The notes below the pieces were generated by a model that saw only the letters and a program-made list of their open reading frames with translations, ran no database searches and had not been told where the DNA came from. Source: an uncultured Acidobacteriota bacterium (GTDB taxonomy: Bacteria > Acidobacteriota > Blastocatellia > RBC074). From it: a stretch of DNA of 64,000 nt. Positions 37,016 through 47,711 of this stretch are shown piece after piece. The DNA is taken from contig CAWCKY010000001.1 of assembly GCA_963796275.1 (NCBI GenBank), positions 608,001-672,000 of the forward strand. The letters run 5' to 3'. Each line of letters starts with the position of its first letter. Positions within the stretch are counted from its first letter, which is position 1. The translations under genes and the position numbers were made by a program.

Positions 37016-38899
37016 ATGAAGAAACAACTATTTGTCACTGTCATTCAAATCCTGGCTATCACGATAGCATTGTCCGCCGGCGTTTCAGCGCAAGAGAAGA
37101 AACAAGAGAAGAAAAAAGAACAGGCCGCCCAGCCGCCAGCCTCCAGTCCGCAGTCTCCGAAAACCCTGGTAGTCGACCGCAGCAAGATTCCCCTCGCGCA
37201 GCGGTCGAACCTGACGCTGGCAGACGTGAATACCTGGATAGGTATCGACAGGCGCATCATCGTGATGATGGCTGCGCTCAATCTCGCGGGCTTCGATTAT
37301 GAACCAGGTAACCGCCCGCTGCCGGCATTGCGTCGGCAAATACGCGAGGACTTGAAGAACACCAAGCCGGAACTGATTCAGCGAATGCGCGATCACTTGA
37401 AGTCTCATAGCAAAGGAAGGACTGATGCGGTGGCAGTCGCCCCTTACCTCAGTCTGGCGTTATCCTTAACCGACCCACCGGGCTTCACCATCGATGTTCC
37501 CGCCGATCGACTGCCCGAGGATGTACGCGAGATAACGGACTTCGCTCTCTTGCTGGAAGAGTTTTATCGCGAATCCGGATTTTCGAAGCTAATGACCAAA
37601 TACATAGAGAGCTATCTGAAGATTGCGCAAACCTATCCGACGGCGGCCGGTCTTGCGCTGGGAACCGTGCTTACGTATTTGCATACGGAACCGATACTGG
37701 TATTGCCGCCTTTTTATGCTGCGCAACGCGCTGCGGCTGCGAGCAGACAGGAAGCCAGGAAATCCAATAAAAAAGAGAAGAAGGGCCAACCAATTGAGCA
37801 GCCGAAGGAAGAAGAGGTTCCCAATCGCATCCGACAGTTTGTGGTCGTGCCAGATCTGTTCAACTCTACCGGATCCGCGAACCTGCGAGTCATACGAGAT
37901 ACTTATTACCTTCTGTTGGGCCCGACTAGCGAGCCGAACGTTGACGCGATGCGGCGCGGGTTTTTGAGTTTCGTCATCGATCCGTTGACAGATAAGCAGG
38001 TGAAAGAGGTCGCGGCCATCAGCGCTCCGCTCAAGAAACTTATGGAAACGCGTGGCGACCAACTCGATCAGGAGTACGCACAGCGAACTGCATACTATCT
38101 GATAACCGATTCTCTGGTGCGCGCGACAGATGCGCGGATGGATGTGCTCGGCCTGGCCACCCGCCGCAAATTATCGGAGGACGAGGCGATCTATGAATTG
38201 AGCCTGGGATATGAACGCGGGGCAGTGCTGGTCTACCATTTTTACGATCTGATGAAGGCATTTGAAACGGTCGGCGTCAATGTGCGCGACTACTATCCCA
38301 GCCTGCTGCAGAATATCGACTTCGAACGGGAGTCGACGCGACTCAAGGAAAATATGGATCGTCTGACGCGTATTAAGCAGCTTCGTACGGAAGCGACGCT
38401 TGCGCCTGCGCCCGCCTCACCGCCAACGACGATATCGAATGCTGACGAGAAGATCGTCGCGCGCATCGTTGAGGTCGATCAATTACTGAAGGCGCGCAGA
38501 TATCCAGATGCCAAGGCGGTTCTCGAAGAGACGTTGAAAGAGCGGCCGGACAACGCACGCCTGTTATTCGGCCTCGGCGACGTCATGAGCAAACAGGCGT
38601 CCACCCTGGAAGATTCCGATCGTGTAGAGGAAGCTCTTTACGCTGCTGTCGAATATTACAGGCTGGCGGCGAAGAACGCGTCTCCCGAAAATGAGAAATG
38701 GCTGGCGCAGCGCAGTTATGTGGCGGCGGCGAAGATTCTCGATTTCATAGCCGAAAACAGCCCGCCTGTGGCTGAAAAAATGTCGGCGGAAGCTACGATA
38801 GCCTATGAGCTGGCCCTTAAATTGGGCAAGGTCGAAGGCGGCGCTTATGAAGAGGCGGAGAAAGCCATACAGCAGCGAGGTCAGAAGTCCAAGCAATAA
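37016..38899 (+). CDS. Secreted hypothetical protein with C-terminal TPR-like region
   Basis: Signal peptide from MKKQLF (ATG 37016) and a helical C-terminus with PDNARLLFGLG. Confidence 0.7.
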   Translation: MKKQLFVTVIQILAITIALSAGVSAQEKKQEKKKEQAAQPPASSPQSPKTLVVDRSKIPLAQRSNLTLADVNTWIGIDRRIIVMMAALNLAGFDYEPGNRPLPALRRQIREDLKNTKPELIQRMRDHLKSHSKGRTDAVAVAPYLSLALSLTDPPGFTIDVPADRLPEDVREITDFALLLEEFYRESGFSKLMTKYIESYLKIAQTYPTAAGLALGTVLTYLHTEPILVLPPFYAAQRAAAASRQEARKSNKKEKKGQPIEQPKEEEVPNRIRQFVVVPDLFNSTGSANLRVIRDTYYLLLGPTSEPNVDAMRRGFLSFVIDPLTDKQVKEVAAISAPLKKLMETRGDQLDQEYAQRTAYYLITDSLVRATDARMDVLGLATRRKLSEDEAIYELSLGYERGAVLVYHFYDLMKAFETVGVNVRDYYPSLLQNIDFERESTRLKENMDRLTRIKQLRTEATLAPAPASPPTTISNADEKIVARIVEVDQLLKARRYPDAKAVLEETLKERPDNARLLFGLGDVMSKQASTLEDSDRVEEALYAAVEYYRLAAKNASPENEKWLAQRSYVAAAKILDFIAENSPPVAEKMSAEATIAYELALKLGKVEGGAYEEAEKAIQQRGQKSKQ

Positions 38900-38904
38900 T
38901 GTCG

Positions 38905-38960
38905 ATAGTTTTCAGCTTTCACCTGGAATATCTCGTCTGAAAGCTAACACTGAAAACTAT
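38905..38960. terminator. Inverted repeat of TTTTCAG/CTGAAAA units between convergent genes
   Basis: ATAGTTTTCAG (38905-38915) pairs with CTGAAAACTAT (38950-38960). Confidence 0.6.
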
Positions 38961-39666
38961 TTCAGTAGACCAGATAACCAGTGCATTATATTGAGCGCCA
39001 GTTGTTTGTTGTCGTTTCCTGCTCGATTCATTCCGAATTTGAATTTTTCTGTACCCTCCGCCTGGGCGGAGATCATCGCTGCCTCACCGAGAATCACAAG
39101 TCTACCTTTGCCTAGCTGGTGCGCTATCCCTTGAGCGCGCCCTGCGGCTGAGACCTCTTTCTTCGTTTTTCGATCGACATCCACCGCTGTGCTCGCCAAC
39201 TTAAGAAAAGCCGTGCTTCCTTCCGGACCTTTGAGGGATTGTCCGGTGAACGTCGTTACTGAGTCTATTCTCTCCGATTCGCTTCGCCCTCGCGTGATCG
39301 GATGATCTCCTAAAAGACCGTTCTTGCGAGAGTAGACGATCCAGCCGGGGTTGTTTTTGTTTGTCGGATCGAGATGCTCCGGGTCGTGTGTATGGACTTT
39401 GCTCATATCCACACCGAACCTCCGAGCGAGAATTCATTAGCTTCACCGAGAGGCGCATGATCGGCAATAAAAAGCAGAGAACCGCCATCGCGCACCCAAT
39501 CACGAACAGCGTCACATTCCGCATCGGTGAAAGCGGGGTTAGCCAGTTTAGCCATGTCAGCAGGTTGTAAAATTCCGGCTCCTAAAGCATTGGCGATCAC
39601 CAAAATATCAACACCTTTAAGAGTGGACTGCTGAAACTTCTCCTTGTTTGGAAGAACCTGAGACAA
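38957..39666 (-). pseudogene. DUF4350/GATase-like domain gene fragment, frameshifted and apparently 5'-truncated
   Basis: DILVIANA..WVRDGGSLLFIADH continues as ILARRFGVDMS if one A is restored near 39432. C-terminus GKGRLVILGEAAM..DNKQLALNIMHWLS. No signal peptide or N-terminal part upstream. Confidence 0.7.
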
Positions 39667-39802
39667 GCGTCCGGTGGAAATAGTTCCATCGTTATGACAG
39701 TTTTATTTCTCCGAAAGTTGGATGTGCTGCGTTGGAATGAACAGGAATATCCTGAGGATTCAAAATTTGAAAGATGATCTTTGGGGCTTCGGTACTTCGG
39801 TG

Positions 39803-40639
39803 CTAAGGATTTGAGCAATTATCTCTATTGTGTTGTAGCTCGGGGATCGCCATCGCTCCAGCTTCTTGACGCATAATAGCTCGTTTTTGCGATTCTGCCG
39901 CATATTCAGCCTCTTTCATTGACTCCGCGCCTTCTTCTTTGCATTCCATACTCGTGAAGATCGACCGTTCAACTTTCACCCAGTCGAACCTCAGTCTCTC
40001 TTTCTTTCGCTCGACAAAAGCGATCAATTTTGTCTGCTTACCATTGAATTTATCGCATCCTGATCTCTTCGGCTCATAGATCGTCCTGGGCGTCCTGATA
40101 TGAAACATTTCTACGCTGATCGGTTGGATATTCTTCAGCAGAGCGCATTCCAGATTCAACCGTAGCAACGGCAACGCGGTGGGCATGGGAGCGGTAGTGA
40201 AATTGTCGTCAGCCTCTGCTGCGATGAAAGAACCTGTCATATCAATCGGACCGGTTTCTTCTGTCGCAACCGCGTTAACTCCACGCTTCTTAGATGGCCT
40301 CGCTGCTTTGATAGTCACACTCTCACGTGATGAGAAATCTGCTGTGATATCAGCCATCGGCTTAGTGTTCATTGCAAACCGATTTGAGTTTGCATCACTC
40401 CGTTTCGTCCAGAGGAGGCTCGTACCTTCATTAGAAAATAGACTGTTGCTCAACGTCAGGGCTAGCTTATTGGCGTGATCGAAGCCGGAGCGCGCTGAAT
40501 CCGGCAGGATGAAGGCTAGCGACCTCGATGAATAGAGAAAATGCGATGTGATATTTTTGACCGAGAATGGTTTGATCGCATGCGCCGTTACGATCAATGT
40601 AGTGACGACCAATATCCGCGCAACGGTTTGACCAAGCAT
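39803..40639 (-). CDS. Hypothetical protein with N-terminal hydrophobic segment
   Basis: 278-aa ORF, GGAG upstream, no recognisable motif. Confidence 0.6.
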   Translation of the reverse strand: MLGQTVARILVVTTLIVTAHAIKPFSVKNITSHFLYSSRSLAFILPDSARSGFDHANKLALTLSNSLFSNEGTSLLWTKRSDANSNRFAMNTKPMADITADFSSRESVTIKAARPSKKRGVNAVATEETGPIDMTGSFIAAEADDNFTTAPMPTALPLLRLNLECALLKNIQPISVEMFHIRTPRTIYEPKRSGCDKFNGKQTKLIAFVERKKERLRFDWVKVERSIFTSMECKEEGAESMKEAEYAAESQKRAIMRQEAGAMAIPELQHNRDNCSNP

Positions 40640-41124
40640 GAGGGGACTCCGGGTTTTACTGTCAATAATATTCCAGGCTTGACTAACCTTCGATTACTCA
40701 AATTTTTTGACAAGCGATAATGATAAATCTTCAATTAGCTTTGCCCTGATAACTCAACCTTCTTTTTTAGGTTCGCCTAAGGTTTGTGACCAAACCGGAT
40801 TCAAAGTTTCAAAGGCAATCAATGAATTTTTTGCCTAGTACAAGAGAGGGCTATTATGCCCTATTCCGGTCAACCAGATGTTAACTGGGTGTAAATATAT
40901 TGTAAAAAGCAAGCAGGTTAGTGTCCGTTTTCGAGAAGTCTCGTGCCAAACACGAACACTGAACGCCATTTTTGAAAGAACTTGCAAAACAAATCTGATT
41001 TTTTTACCGCACGTGGATAGATACGAACGATTGGGGGAAGAGGATGCATTATGATGGGTGCCGGTGATAGAAAAGTACTAAGTCAGCCTTGAATTCTCCA
41101 GGTTGCCGCCTTCAGTTCTTGATC

Positions 41125-42063
41125 TCATTGATAAACATCGACATCATCCCGTTTGACCATTTCCAACTTTCCATCTGCCACAGCCTGATCCAGATTCGCC
41201 ACAGCTTCAGAGACCGCCAAAAAGCGGTTGATATTTTCAACTTTCGGAAACATCAGCAACGACAATTCCCAGGCGGTGATGCCCTGTTTCGGAATTAAAC
41301 CGATTACTTTCGCCTGGCGCTGCTGGATATGCCGCACGAGACGATGAAAATGTTCCTCGTAATCGGTCACATCGTCTCCGTGAGATGTCTTGAGCAGTGT
41401 AGGGGCGAGCGCGCGTATGCGGGCGAGCGAGACCAGATATTCGCTGAGCGAAGGGAATCGCCGCTGCGGATCGATCGGATCGGGATTGAGAACCGGATTA
41501 GGCGTTATGGTTTTGAGGATTGTATCGCCCGTCAACATGAGGCGGTTGCTCGCGCGCAATAAACAGCAACTGCCGGGTGTGTGGCCGGGTGTGTGGATCG
41601 CCCGCAGCGAGCCGCCGGCGAAAACGAATTCATCTTCATCGCGATAGGCCTCGACATCTTCCACGGCATCGGCGTAGTGGTGAATAGTTTGGTAATGGGA
41701 CTCCATCTTCTCCAATATCGCTGGTGGGACGCCGGCCCTTTTGAGCAGGGGGGCATTGACTCTCGTCTGCCGCTGCGGCGAGATGTTCTCGAACTCCCAT
41801 TCGTGAACGTGGACCCGGGCGCCGGATTCGCGCTGAAGCAGCCCGGCCAACCCGCAATGGTCTTCATGCGTGTGGGTGAGAATGATGCGGCGAATGTCAC
41901 CGACGGCGAAACCTAAGTTCCGCAATTGCTCGCGGATCGCGGAGACGGCTTCTTCGGTCTTTGGCCCGGTATCAACCAAGGTGATCGGATCATCGGGAAT
42001 CAGATAGATGTTGATCGGCCCCACCGGGAAGGGGGTAGGTATTACGAGTTTTTCAATACGCAT
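41125..42063 (-). CDS. MBL-fold metallo-hydrolase with C-terminal winged helix
   Basis: VDTG, THTHEDHCG, HTPGHTPG, TGD and SHG motifs. Confidence 0.9.
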   Translation of the reverse strand: MRIEKLVIPTPFPVGPINIYLIPDDPITLVDTGPKTEEAVSAIREQLRNLGFAVGDIRRIILTHTHEDHCGLAGLLQRESGARVHVHEWEFENISPQRQTRVNAPLLKRAGVPPAILEKMESHYQTIHHYADAVEDVEAYRDEDEFVFAGGSLRAIHTPGHTPGSCCLLRASNRLMLTGDTILKTITPNPVLNPDPIDPQRRFPSLSEYLVSLARIRALAPTLLKTSHGDDVTDYEEHFHRLVRHIQQRQAKVIGLIPKQGITAWELSLLMFPKVENINRFLAVSEAVANLDQAVADGKLEMVKRDDVDVYQ

Positions 42064-42064
42064 T

Positions 42065-42123
42065 GGATTGCGGATTGCGGATTCGTAAACACGCGGCCAT
42101 GTTCAATCGCAAATCCGCAATCC
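42065..42123. repeat. Inverted (GGATTGC)n/(GCAATCC)n heptamer repeat
   Basis: GGATTGCGGATTGCGGATT ... AATCCGCAATCC. Confidence 0.75.
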
Positions 42124-42135
42124 GGGATCCTCCAA

Positions 42136-43920
42136 TCAGAAGATATATCCGCCCGCCTCGACCACTTTATCCGCCAGACGCTCGCGGATTGCTGCGGTAT
42201 TTACCGGCTCCTGCTTCGTGAAACGTCGCAGCGCGGCCAGCATCGTGCGCAGTTCGTCGCCATCGGCGATCGCCGCCAGCGCATTTTTCGAAGCGACTTC
42301 GATGCGATTGATCGCATCGTGAGTATAGAGCCTCGTCGCATCGATCGCTGACTGGTGCTTCGCTTCGCCATCGCGCGCAATGAGCTTGGCCGTCCGCCCG
42401 ATTATGCTGTCGACCAGGAAGGCTTCGATGATTACGTCCGCGGTCCAGCTGAGAATCATCTGCTGCTCGGACAGCTTTTCCTGGAACTTCTGCGCCGCCG
42501 AGCCGAGCAGCATCAGCGCGATCTTCTTTGCGTTAGCCGCGAGCTTGCGCTCATTCGCCAGCGGCGAATCGTCCTCGTCGAGATCGAATGAGGGGCCGGC
42601 GAGCAGTTCATCCTGGAGTTTCATCGCGGCGGCGAAGAGCGGCAGCCCTCCCTTCATCGCACGCTTGAGCAACTGTCCTGGAATCAAGAGACGATTGATT
42701 TCGTTGGTCCCTTCGTAAATGCGGTTGACGCGGCAATCGCGATAGACTCCCTCGGCTGGATAGTCTTCGGTGAACCCATTGCCGCCGTGAATCTGCACGT
42801 TTTCGTCGGCGCAGTAGAAAAGAATTTCGGTTCCGGCGACCTTGATGATCGAACACTCGATCGCGTATTCCTCGATCGCTTTCATCAGCTCCTTCGGGTT
42901 CTTCTTGTCGATCGTCTCCTCTTTGGCCTCGATCATGCCGGCTGTGCGGTAGACGGCCGATTCACAGGCGTAAATTTTTGCCACCATCTCAGCGAGCTTG
43001 TACTTGATCGCGCCGAAGCTCGCGATCGGTCGCCCGAATTGGTGCCGTTCGACAGCATACTTTGCCGATTGAGTGAGCACTCGCTTGGAGCCGCCGATCG
43101 AGCCGGCGCCCATTTTGATGCGGCCATAGTTGAGCACGTTGAATGCGATCAGATGGCCCTTCCCGATTTCACCGAGCAGTCGGTCTTTCGGTATCCTGGC
43201 ATCCTGCATGAGAATCGGCGTCGTCGATGATCCGCGCTGCCCGAGTTTGTGCTCCTCGTTGCCGGGGCTGACTCCCGGATCGGTCCTTTCGACTATGAAA
43301 CCGGAGAACTTGTCTCCATCGACTTTCGCGAAGATCGTGAGCACGTCGGCAAATCCGCCGTTTGTAATCCACATCTTTTCGCCGTTGAGTATCCAGTGTT
43401 TCCCGTCTTCGCTCAGGCGTGCGGTCGATTTGGCTGCCAGAGCGTCCGAACCCGACCCTGATTCACTCAAACAATACGCGCCGATCCATTCGGCCGAGCC
43501 GATCTTCGGCAGATATTTCTGTTTTTGTTCATCAGTCCCGAAAAGGACGATGGGCAGCAGGCCGATGCTGCTGGTTGCGCCGAAGCCCGTCGAGAACGAG
43601 GCCTCGCCGGACATATGCTCGGCAATGAGCATATTTGAGACGTGGTCGAGGTCGAGTCCGCCGTACGCTTCCGGGATGCTGGCGTTGATCAGTCCGAGAT
43701 CGGCGCCCCTTTTGATTAAACCGCGCTGGATTTCGTAATCCTTGGTTTCAATCGCATCGCGCTGAGGGATGATCTCTTTCTCGATGAACTCATGCGTCGT
43801 TTGCGCAATCATCTTCTGTTCATCGGTGAAATCTTCCGGTGAAAATACATGCGTGGGCAGTGTTTCGGAAAGCAGAAAGCCGCCCCCTCTGATTACCTCT
43901 TTTTCAAGTGCTGCTGCCAT
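42136..43920 (-). CDS. fadE: Acyl-CoA dehydrogenase (FadE/VLCAD-like)
   Basis: YCLSESGSGSD, NGEKMWITNG, RHQFGRPI, QIHGGNG and RIYEGTNEINR motifs. Confidence 0.93.
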   Translation of the reverse strand: MAAALEKEVIRGGGFLLSETLPTHVFSPEDFTDEQKMIAQTTHEFIEKEIIPQRDAIETKDYEIQRGLIKRGADLGLINASIPEAYGGLDLDHVSNMLIAEHMSGEASFSTGFGATSSIGLLPIVLFGTDEQKQKYLPKIGSAEWIGAYCLSESGSGSDALAAKSTARLSEDGKHWILNGEKMWITNGGFADVLTIFAKVDGDKFSGFIVERTDPGVSPGNEEHKLGQRGSSTTPILMQDARIPKDRLLGEIGKGHLIAFNVLNYGRIKMGAGSIGGSKRVLTQSAKYAVERHQFGRPIASFGAIKYKLAEMVAKIYACESAVYRTAGMIEAKEETIDKKNPKELMKAIEEYAIECSIIKVAGTEILFYCADENVQIHGGNGFTEDYPAEGVYRDCRVNRIYEGTNEINRLLIPGQLLKRAMKGGLPLFAAAMKLQDELLAGPSFDLDEDDSPLANERKLAANAKKIALMLLGSAAQKFQEKLSEQQMILSWTADVIIEAFLVDSIIGRTAKLIARDGEAKHQSAIDATRLYTHDAINRIEVASKNALAAIADGDELRTMLAALRRFTKQEPVNTAAIRERLADKVVEAGGYIF

Positions 43921-43935
43921 ATTTTATGCTTCCTT

Positions 43936-45132
43936 TCATCTCATCAAATTTTCAAATATTCCTGCTGCGCCCATACCGCCGCCGACGCACATAGTGACCA
44001 GGCCGTAGCGCGCCTTCCGACGCTTCATCTCGTAAAGCAGCGTCGCGGTCAGCTTCGCTCCAGTGCAACCGAGCGGATGGCCCAGAGCGACTGCGCCACC
44101 GTTGACGTTCAATCGCTCGAGATCTAGGTTGAGTTCTTTGATCACCGAGAGCGCCTGTACGGCGAATGCTTCGTTGAGCTCGATCAGGTCGATGTCCTCG
44201 AGCTTGAGACCTGCTACCTTGAGTGCCTTCGGGATAGCGAGGACGGGACCGATTCCCATTTCTTCGGGCGATACTCCTGCGGTCGCGAATGCCACGAAAC
44301 GGGCCATCGGCTTCAGTCCGAGCTTCTCTGCCCGTTCGCGCGACATGATGAGCGCCGCTGCACCCCCGTCTGAGGTTTGCGATGAGTTTCCCGCTGTCAC
44401 CGTACCTTTAACATGGAATGCGGGTTTGATCTTCGCCAGTCCTTCCAGCGAAGTATCGCGTCGCACCCCTTCATCGACCTCAAATACGGTCTCCTTTGTG
44501 CGGATTTTCCCGCGGCCCTTCTCGTCCGTCTCTAGCTCGCGCGTGACGACCGAAACCGGCACTATCTCATCTCTGAATATCTTTCCATCGATCGCGGCCG
44601 CCGCATTGCGGTGAGAGCGAACCGAAAATTCGTCGGCCTGCTCGCGCGTGACGCCGTATTTGCGGGCGAGATTTTCGGCCGTCAACCCCATGTTTAGATA
44701 AGTATCCGGATAGGTCTCCACGAGCGTGGGGTTCGGCGAAAGATTGTGTCCGCCCATCGGAAGCATCGACATGGATTCGGCGCCTCCACCGATAGCGACT
44801 TCGGAAAAGCCGCACATGATGTGTTCGGCGGCCTGAGCGATCGCCTGCAGACCCGATGAACAGAAACGATTGATTGTAATGGCAGACGATGAATTGGGCA
44901 GACCCGCGAGAAGCGCCGCTTGGCGCGCCATATTCATCCCCTGTTGAGCTTCGGGTGTGGCGCATCCGATGACGACGTCTTCGACATCGGCCGGTTTCAC
45001 CTCCGGCGTGCGCGACATGAGCTCTTTGATGACGTTGGCCACCAGATCGTCCGGCCGCATGTCTTTGAGCGAGCCGCGAGGCGCCTTGCCGATGGCAGTA
45101 CGTAATGCATTGATTATTACTACTTCACGCAT
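43936..45132 (-). CDS. fadA: Acetyl-CoA C-acyltransferase (thiolase)
   Basis: [20 protein letters not shown] and MCVGGGMG motifs. Confidence 0.96.
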   Translation of the reverse strand: MREVVIINALRTAIGKAPRGSLKDMRPDDLVANVIKELMSRTPEVKPADVEDVVIGCATPEAQQGMNMARQAALLAGLPNSSSAITINRFCSSGLQAIAQAAEHIMCGFSEVAIGGGAESMSMLPMGGHNLSPNPTLVETYPDTYLNMGLTAENLARKYGVTREQADEFSVRSHRNAAAAIDGKIFRDEIVPVSVVTRELETDEKGRGKIRTKETVFEVDEGVRRDTSLEGLAKIKPAFHVKGTVTAGNSSQTSDGGAAALIMSRERAEKLGLKPMARFVAFATAGVSPEEMGIGPVLAIPKALKVAGLKLEDIDLIELNEAFAVQALSVIKELNLDLERLNVNGGAVALGHPLGCTGAKLTATLLYEMKRRKARYGLVTMCVGGGMGAAGIFENLMR

Positions 45133-45197
45133 GATGTGTCTCCTCTGATTATAGTTTTCAGTCGTTCGGTCCCAACAACTGGAAACTGAAAACTATT

Positions 45198-47588
45198 TTA
45201 ATTCCTCAGGGGCTTACCAGTCTTGAGCAAATGAGCCAGACGCTCCTGCGTCGCCTTAGTGCCGCAGAGGCTGACGAAAGCTTCGCGTTCGAGGTCGAGC
45301 AGATACGCTTCAGATACGCGCGTCGGGCGAGTCAGGTTGCCCCCGCTCATGACATTGGCGATCTTCGTCCCGATCAACGCGTCGTGATCGGAGATATAAC
45401 CGCCGCGCTTCATCATATGAATCCCTAGCTTGAACTTCGTCAGAGCAGCCTCGCCCAGCACCAGCACGTCCTGCTTCGGTTGAGGCGGGACATAGCCTTC
45501 GCGCACAAGTCTGAGCACAGTCTGTTTGGCCTCTTCGATGACGCGCCTGTCGTTCATCACGATGCGGTCCCCCTTACGGAGCAGGCCCCAGTGCCTGGCC
45601 TCGACCGCGCTCGTGGCAACTTTGCCCATCGCCGTCATCTCGAAGTTGCGCTTGAGGATTTCGAACTGGTCGAGCGATGGAATATCTTCGATCGCCTCAA
45701 ATGCGCGGACGGCCATCTCTTTTGTTCCCCCTCCGCCAGGTATGAGGCCGACGCCGACCTCTACCAGGCCGATGTAAGTCTCGGCCGCTGCAACGGCTCG
45801 GTCGGCGTGCAGCACCATCTCACAGCCGCCTCCGAGCGTCAGATGGTGCGGGGCAACAACGACCGGCCTGGGCGAATAGCGGAGGCTCATCGTCGTATTC
45901 TGGAATTGGCGGACTGCCAGCGCGAGCTCGTCCCATTCGCCTTCCTGTGCAGCGAGCAGGATCATCATAATGTTGGCGCCAGCGGAAAAATTCTCGCCCT
46001 GATTCCCGATGACCAGGCCGGCGAAATTTTTCTCGACCTCTTTGATGGCGAACTGGATCATCCCGATCTGATCCTGACCGAGAGCGTTCATCTTCGAATG
46101 GAACTCGACGCAGGCCACGCCATCGCCGAGGTCGACCAGGCTAGCCCCGGCATTCTTCTTGATGACTCTGTCCCGGTCCTTGAGCGATTTCAGCAGCGTG
46201 ATGCCGGCGGGTTGTCGTTCAGGTTTGTATTTTCCCGACGCGAAATCGAAGTAATAACGTGCGCCGTCATCGACCTTATAAAAACTTTTGTGCCCCGCCG
46301 CGAGCATCTTCGCGACATTGCCCGGGATCGTGCGTCCCTCCTCGCGCATCCGCGCGACCGACTCTTCGACCCCGATGGCATCCCAGGTTTCGAAGACGCC
46401 GAGCTCGTGGGCGAAGCCCCACTTCATAGCATTGTCGACTTCCACGATGTTGTCGGCGATCTCGGGAATGCGGTTGGCGGAATAGATCAGAGACTCCGAC
46501 GTCGTGCGCCACAAAAACTCGCCGGCGCGGTCCTTCGCGTAAACCAGCGTCTTCAAGCGGTCGGGCAGCTTATCGATCTGCTTCGCCGCATCGAGGGAGG
46601 CGAACTTGGGTTTTTGGCGTTCTCGGTATTCGAAGGTATTGAGGTCGAGCGTCTGAATATCACTGCCGACTTTTCTGAAGAAGCCGCCCTTGGTCTTTTC
46701 GCCCAACAACTTCTTATCGACCATCTTCTGTATCACGTCGGGTAGCCGGAAGGTCTCACGCTTCTCGTCGTTTGTCGATGCCTCGGACAGGTTCTTCGCG
46801 ACGTGGGCGAATGTATCGAGCCCGACGATATCGAGAGTACGGAAAGAAGCGCTCTTGGCGTGGCCGATAACCGGCCCGGTCAACGCATCGACCTCCTCGA
46901 TCGTGTAGCCGCTCTCGAGCATGACTTTGATCGCATCGAGCATCGAGAATGTCCCGATCCGGTTGCCGATGAAGTTCGGCGTGTCTTTGGCATAAACGAT
47001 GCCTTTGCCCAGGGTTTTATCGCAGAAATCGGCGATGAAATCCGAAACCTCCTTATCGGTTTCTTGTGTCGTGATCATCTCGAGCAGATATAGGTAACGC
47101 GGCGGATTGAAGAAGTGCGTTCCCAGGAAACGTTTGCGGAAACGGTCGCCGCGGCCCTCGATCAACGAGGCGATGGGGATGCCCGAGGTATTCGAGCTGA
47201 TGATCGCGTTCGCATGCAAGTGCGGTTCGATGCGTTCATAGAGCGAGCGTTTGATGTTGAGGTTTTCGATAATCGCTTCGATGACCCAATCGCATTCTTT
47301 AAGCTTCGCCAGATCATCTTCCAAATTGCCGGCTGTGACGAGGCTTGCCGCCTCGGATGAAAAGAACGCCGCAGGTTTGGCCTTAGTTGCGTTCTCGAGC
47401 CCAGACTGCGCGATACGGTTGCGCACGCCCCGCGATTCGAGCGTCAATCCCCGGGCCGCTTCTTCCGGCGTCGGTTGTTGCGGGACGATGTCGAGCAGCA
47501 ATGAAGGAATTCCGGCGTTGGCCAGATGTGCGGCGATCTGGGCGCCCATCACTCCCGAACCGAGCACCGCTGCTTTCTTGATCTGCAT
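45198..47588 (-). CDS. fadN: 3-hydroxyacyl-CoA dehydrogenase/enoyl-CoA hydratase (FadN-type)
   Basis: GSGVMG, SNTSG and HFFNPPRY in the N-terminal part. C-terminal crotonase NFSAGAN, GGGCE and GLVEVGVGLIPGGGG, ending GKPLRN. Confidence 0.93.
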   Translation of the reverse strand: MQIKKAAVLGSGVMGAQIAAHLANAGIPSLLLDIVPQQPTPEEAARGLTLESRGVRNRIAQSGLENATKAKPAAFFSSEAASLVTAGNLEDDLAKLKECDWVIEAIIENLNIKRSLYERIEPHLHANAIISSNTSGIPIASLIEGRGDRFRKRFLGTHFFNPPRYLYLLEMITTQETDKEVSDFIADFCDKTLGKGIVYAKDTPNFIGNRIGTFSMLDAIKVMLESGYTIEEVDALTGPVIGHAKSASFRTLDIVGLDTFAHVAKNLSEASTNDEKRETFRLPDVIQKMVDKKLLGEKTKGGFFRKVGSDIQTLDLNTFEYRERQKPKFASLDAAKQIDKLPDRLKTLVYAKDRAGEFLWRTTSESLIYSANRIPEIADNIVEVDNAMKWGFAHELGVFETWDAIGVEESVARMREEGRTIPGNVAKMLAAGHKSFYKVDDGARYYFDFASGKYKPERQPAGITLLKSLKDRDRVIKKNAGASLVDLGDGVACVEFHSKMNALGQDQIGMIQFAIKEVEKNFAGLVIGNQGENFSAGANIMMILLAAQEGEWDELALAVRQFQNTTMSLRYSPRPVVVAPHHLTLGGGCEMVLHADRAVAAAETYIGLVEVGVGLIPGGGGTKEMAVRAFEAIEDIPSLDQFEILKRNFEMTAMGKVATSAVEARHWGLLRKGDRIVMNDRRVIEEAKQTVLRLVREGYVPPQPKQDVLVLGEAALTKFKLGIHMMKRGGYISDHDALIGTKIANVMSGGNLTRPTRVSEAYLLDLEREAFVSLCGTKATQERLAHLLKTGKPLRN

Positions 47589-47612
47589 AGATGATTGTTC
47601 TCCTTCGGAGAA

Positions 47613-47710
47613 CAGTTTTCAGTTTTCAGTTATCAGTTTTCAGTTGTCAGCGCCAATAACGACAAACTGGCAATAACAACTTAAAACTTAAAACTTAAAA
47701 CTTAAAACTG
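47613..47710. repeat. Inverted heptamer arrays (CAGTTTT)n / (AAAACTT)n
   Basis: About 4-5 units on each side of a ~30-nt spacer. A related IR lies at 45151-45196. Confidence 0.8.
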
Positions 47711-47711
47711 C

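Noticed and set aside
40933-40948. Minus-strand TGGCACGAGACTTCT as a sigma54 promoter
   Set aside because: The -12 element is TTCT, not TTGC.
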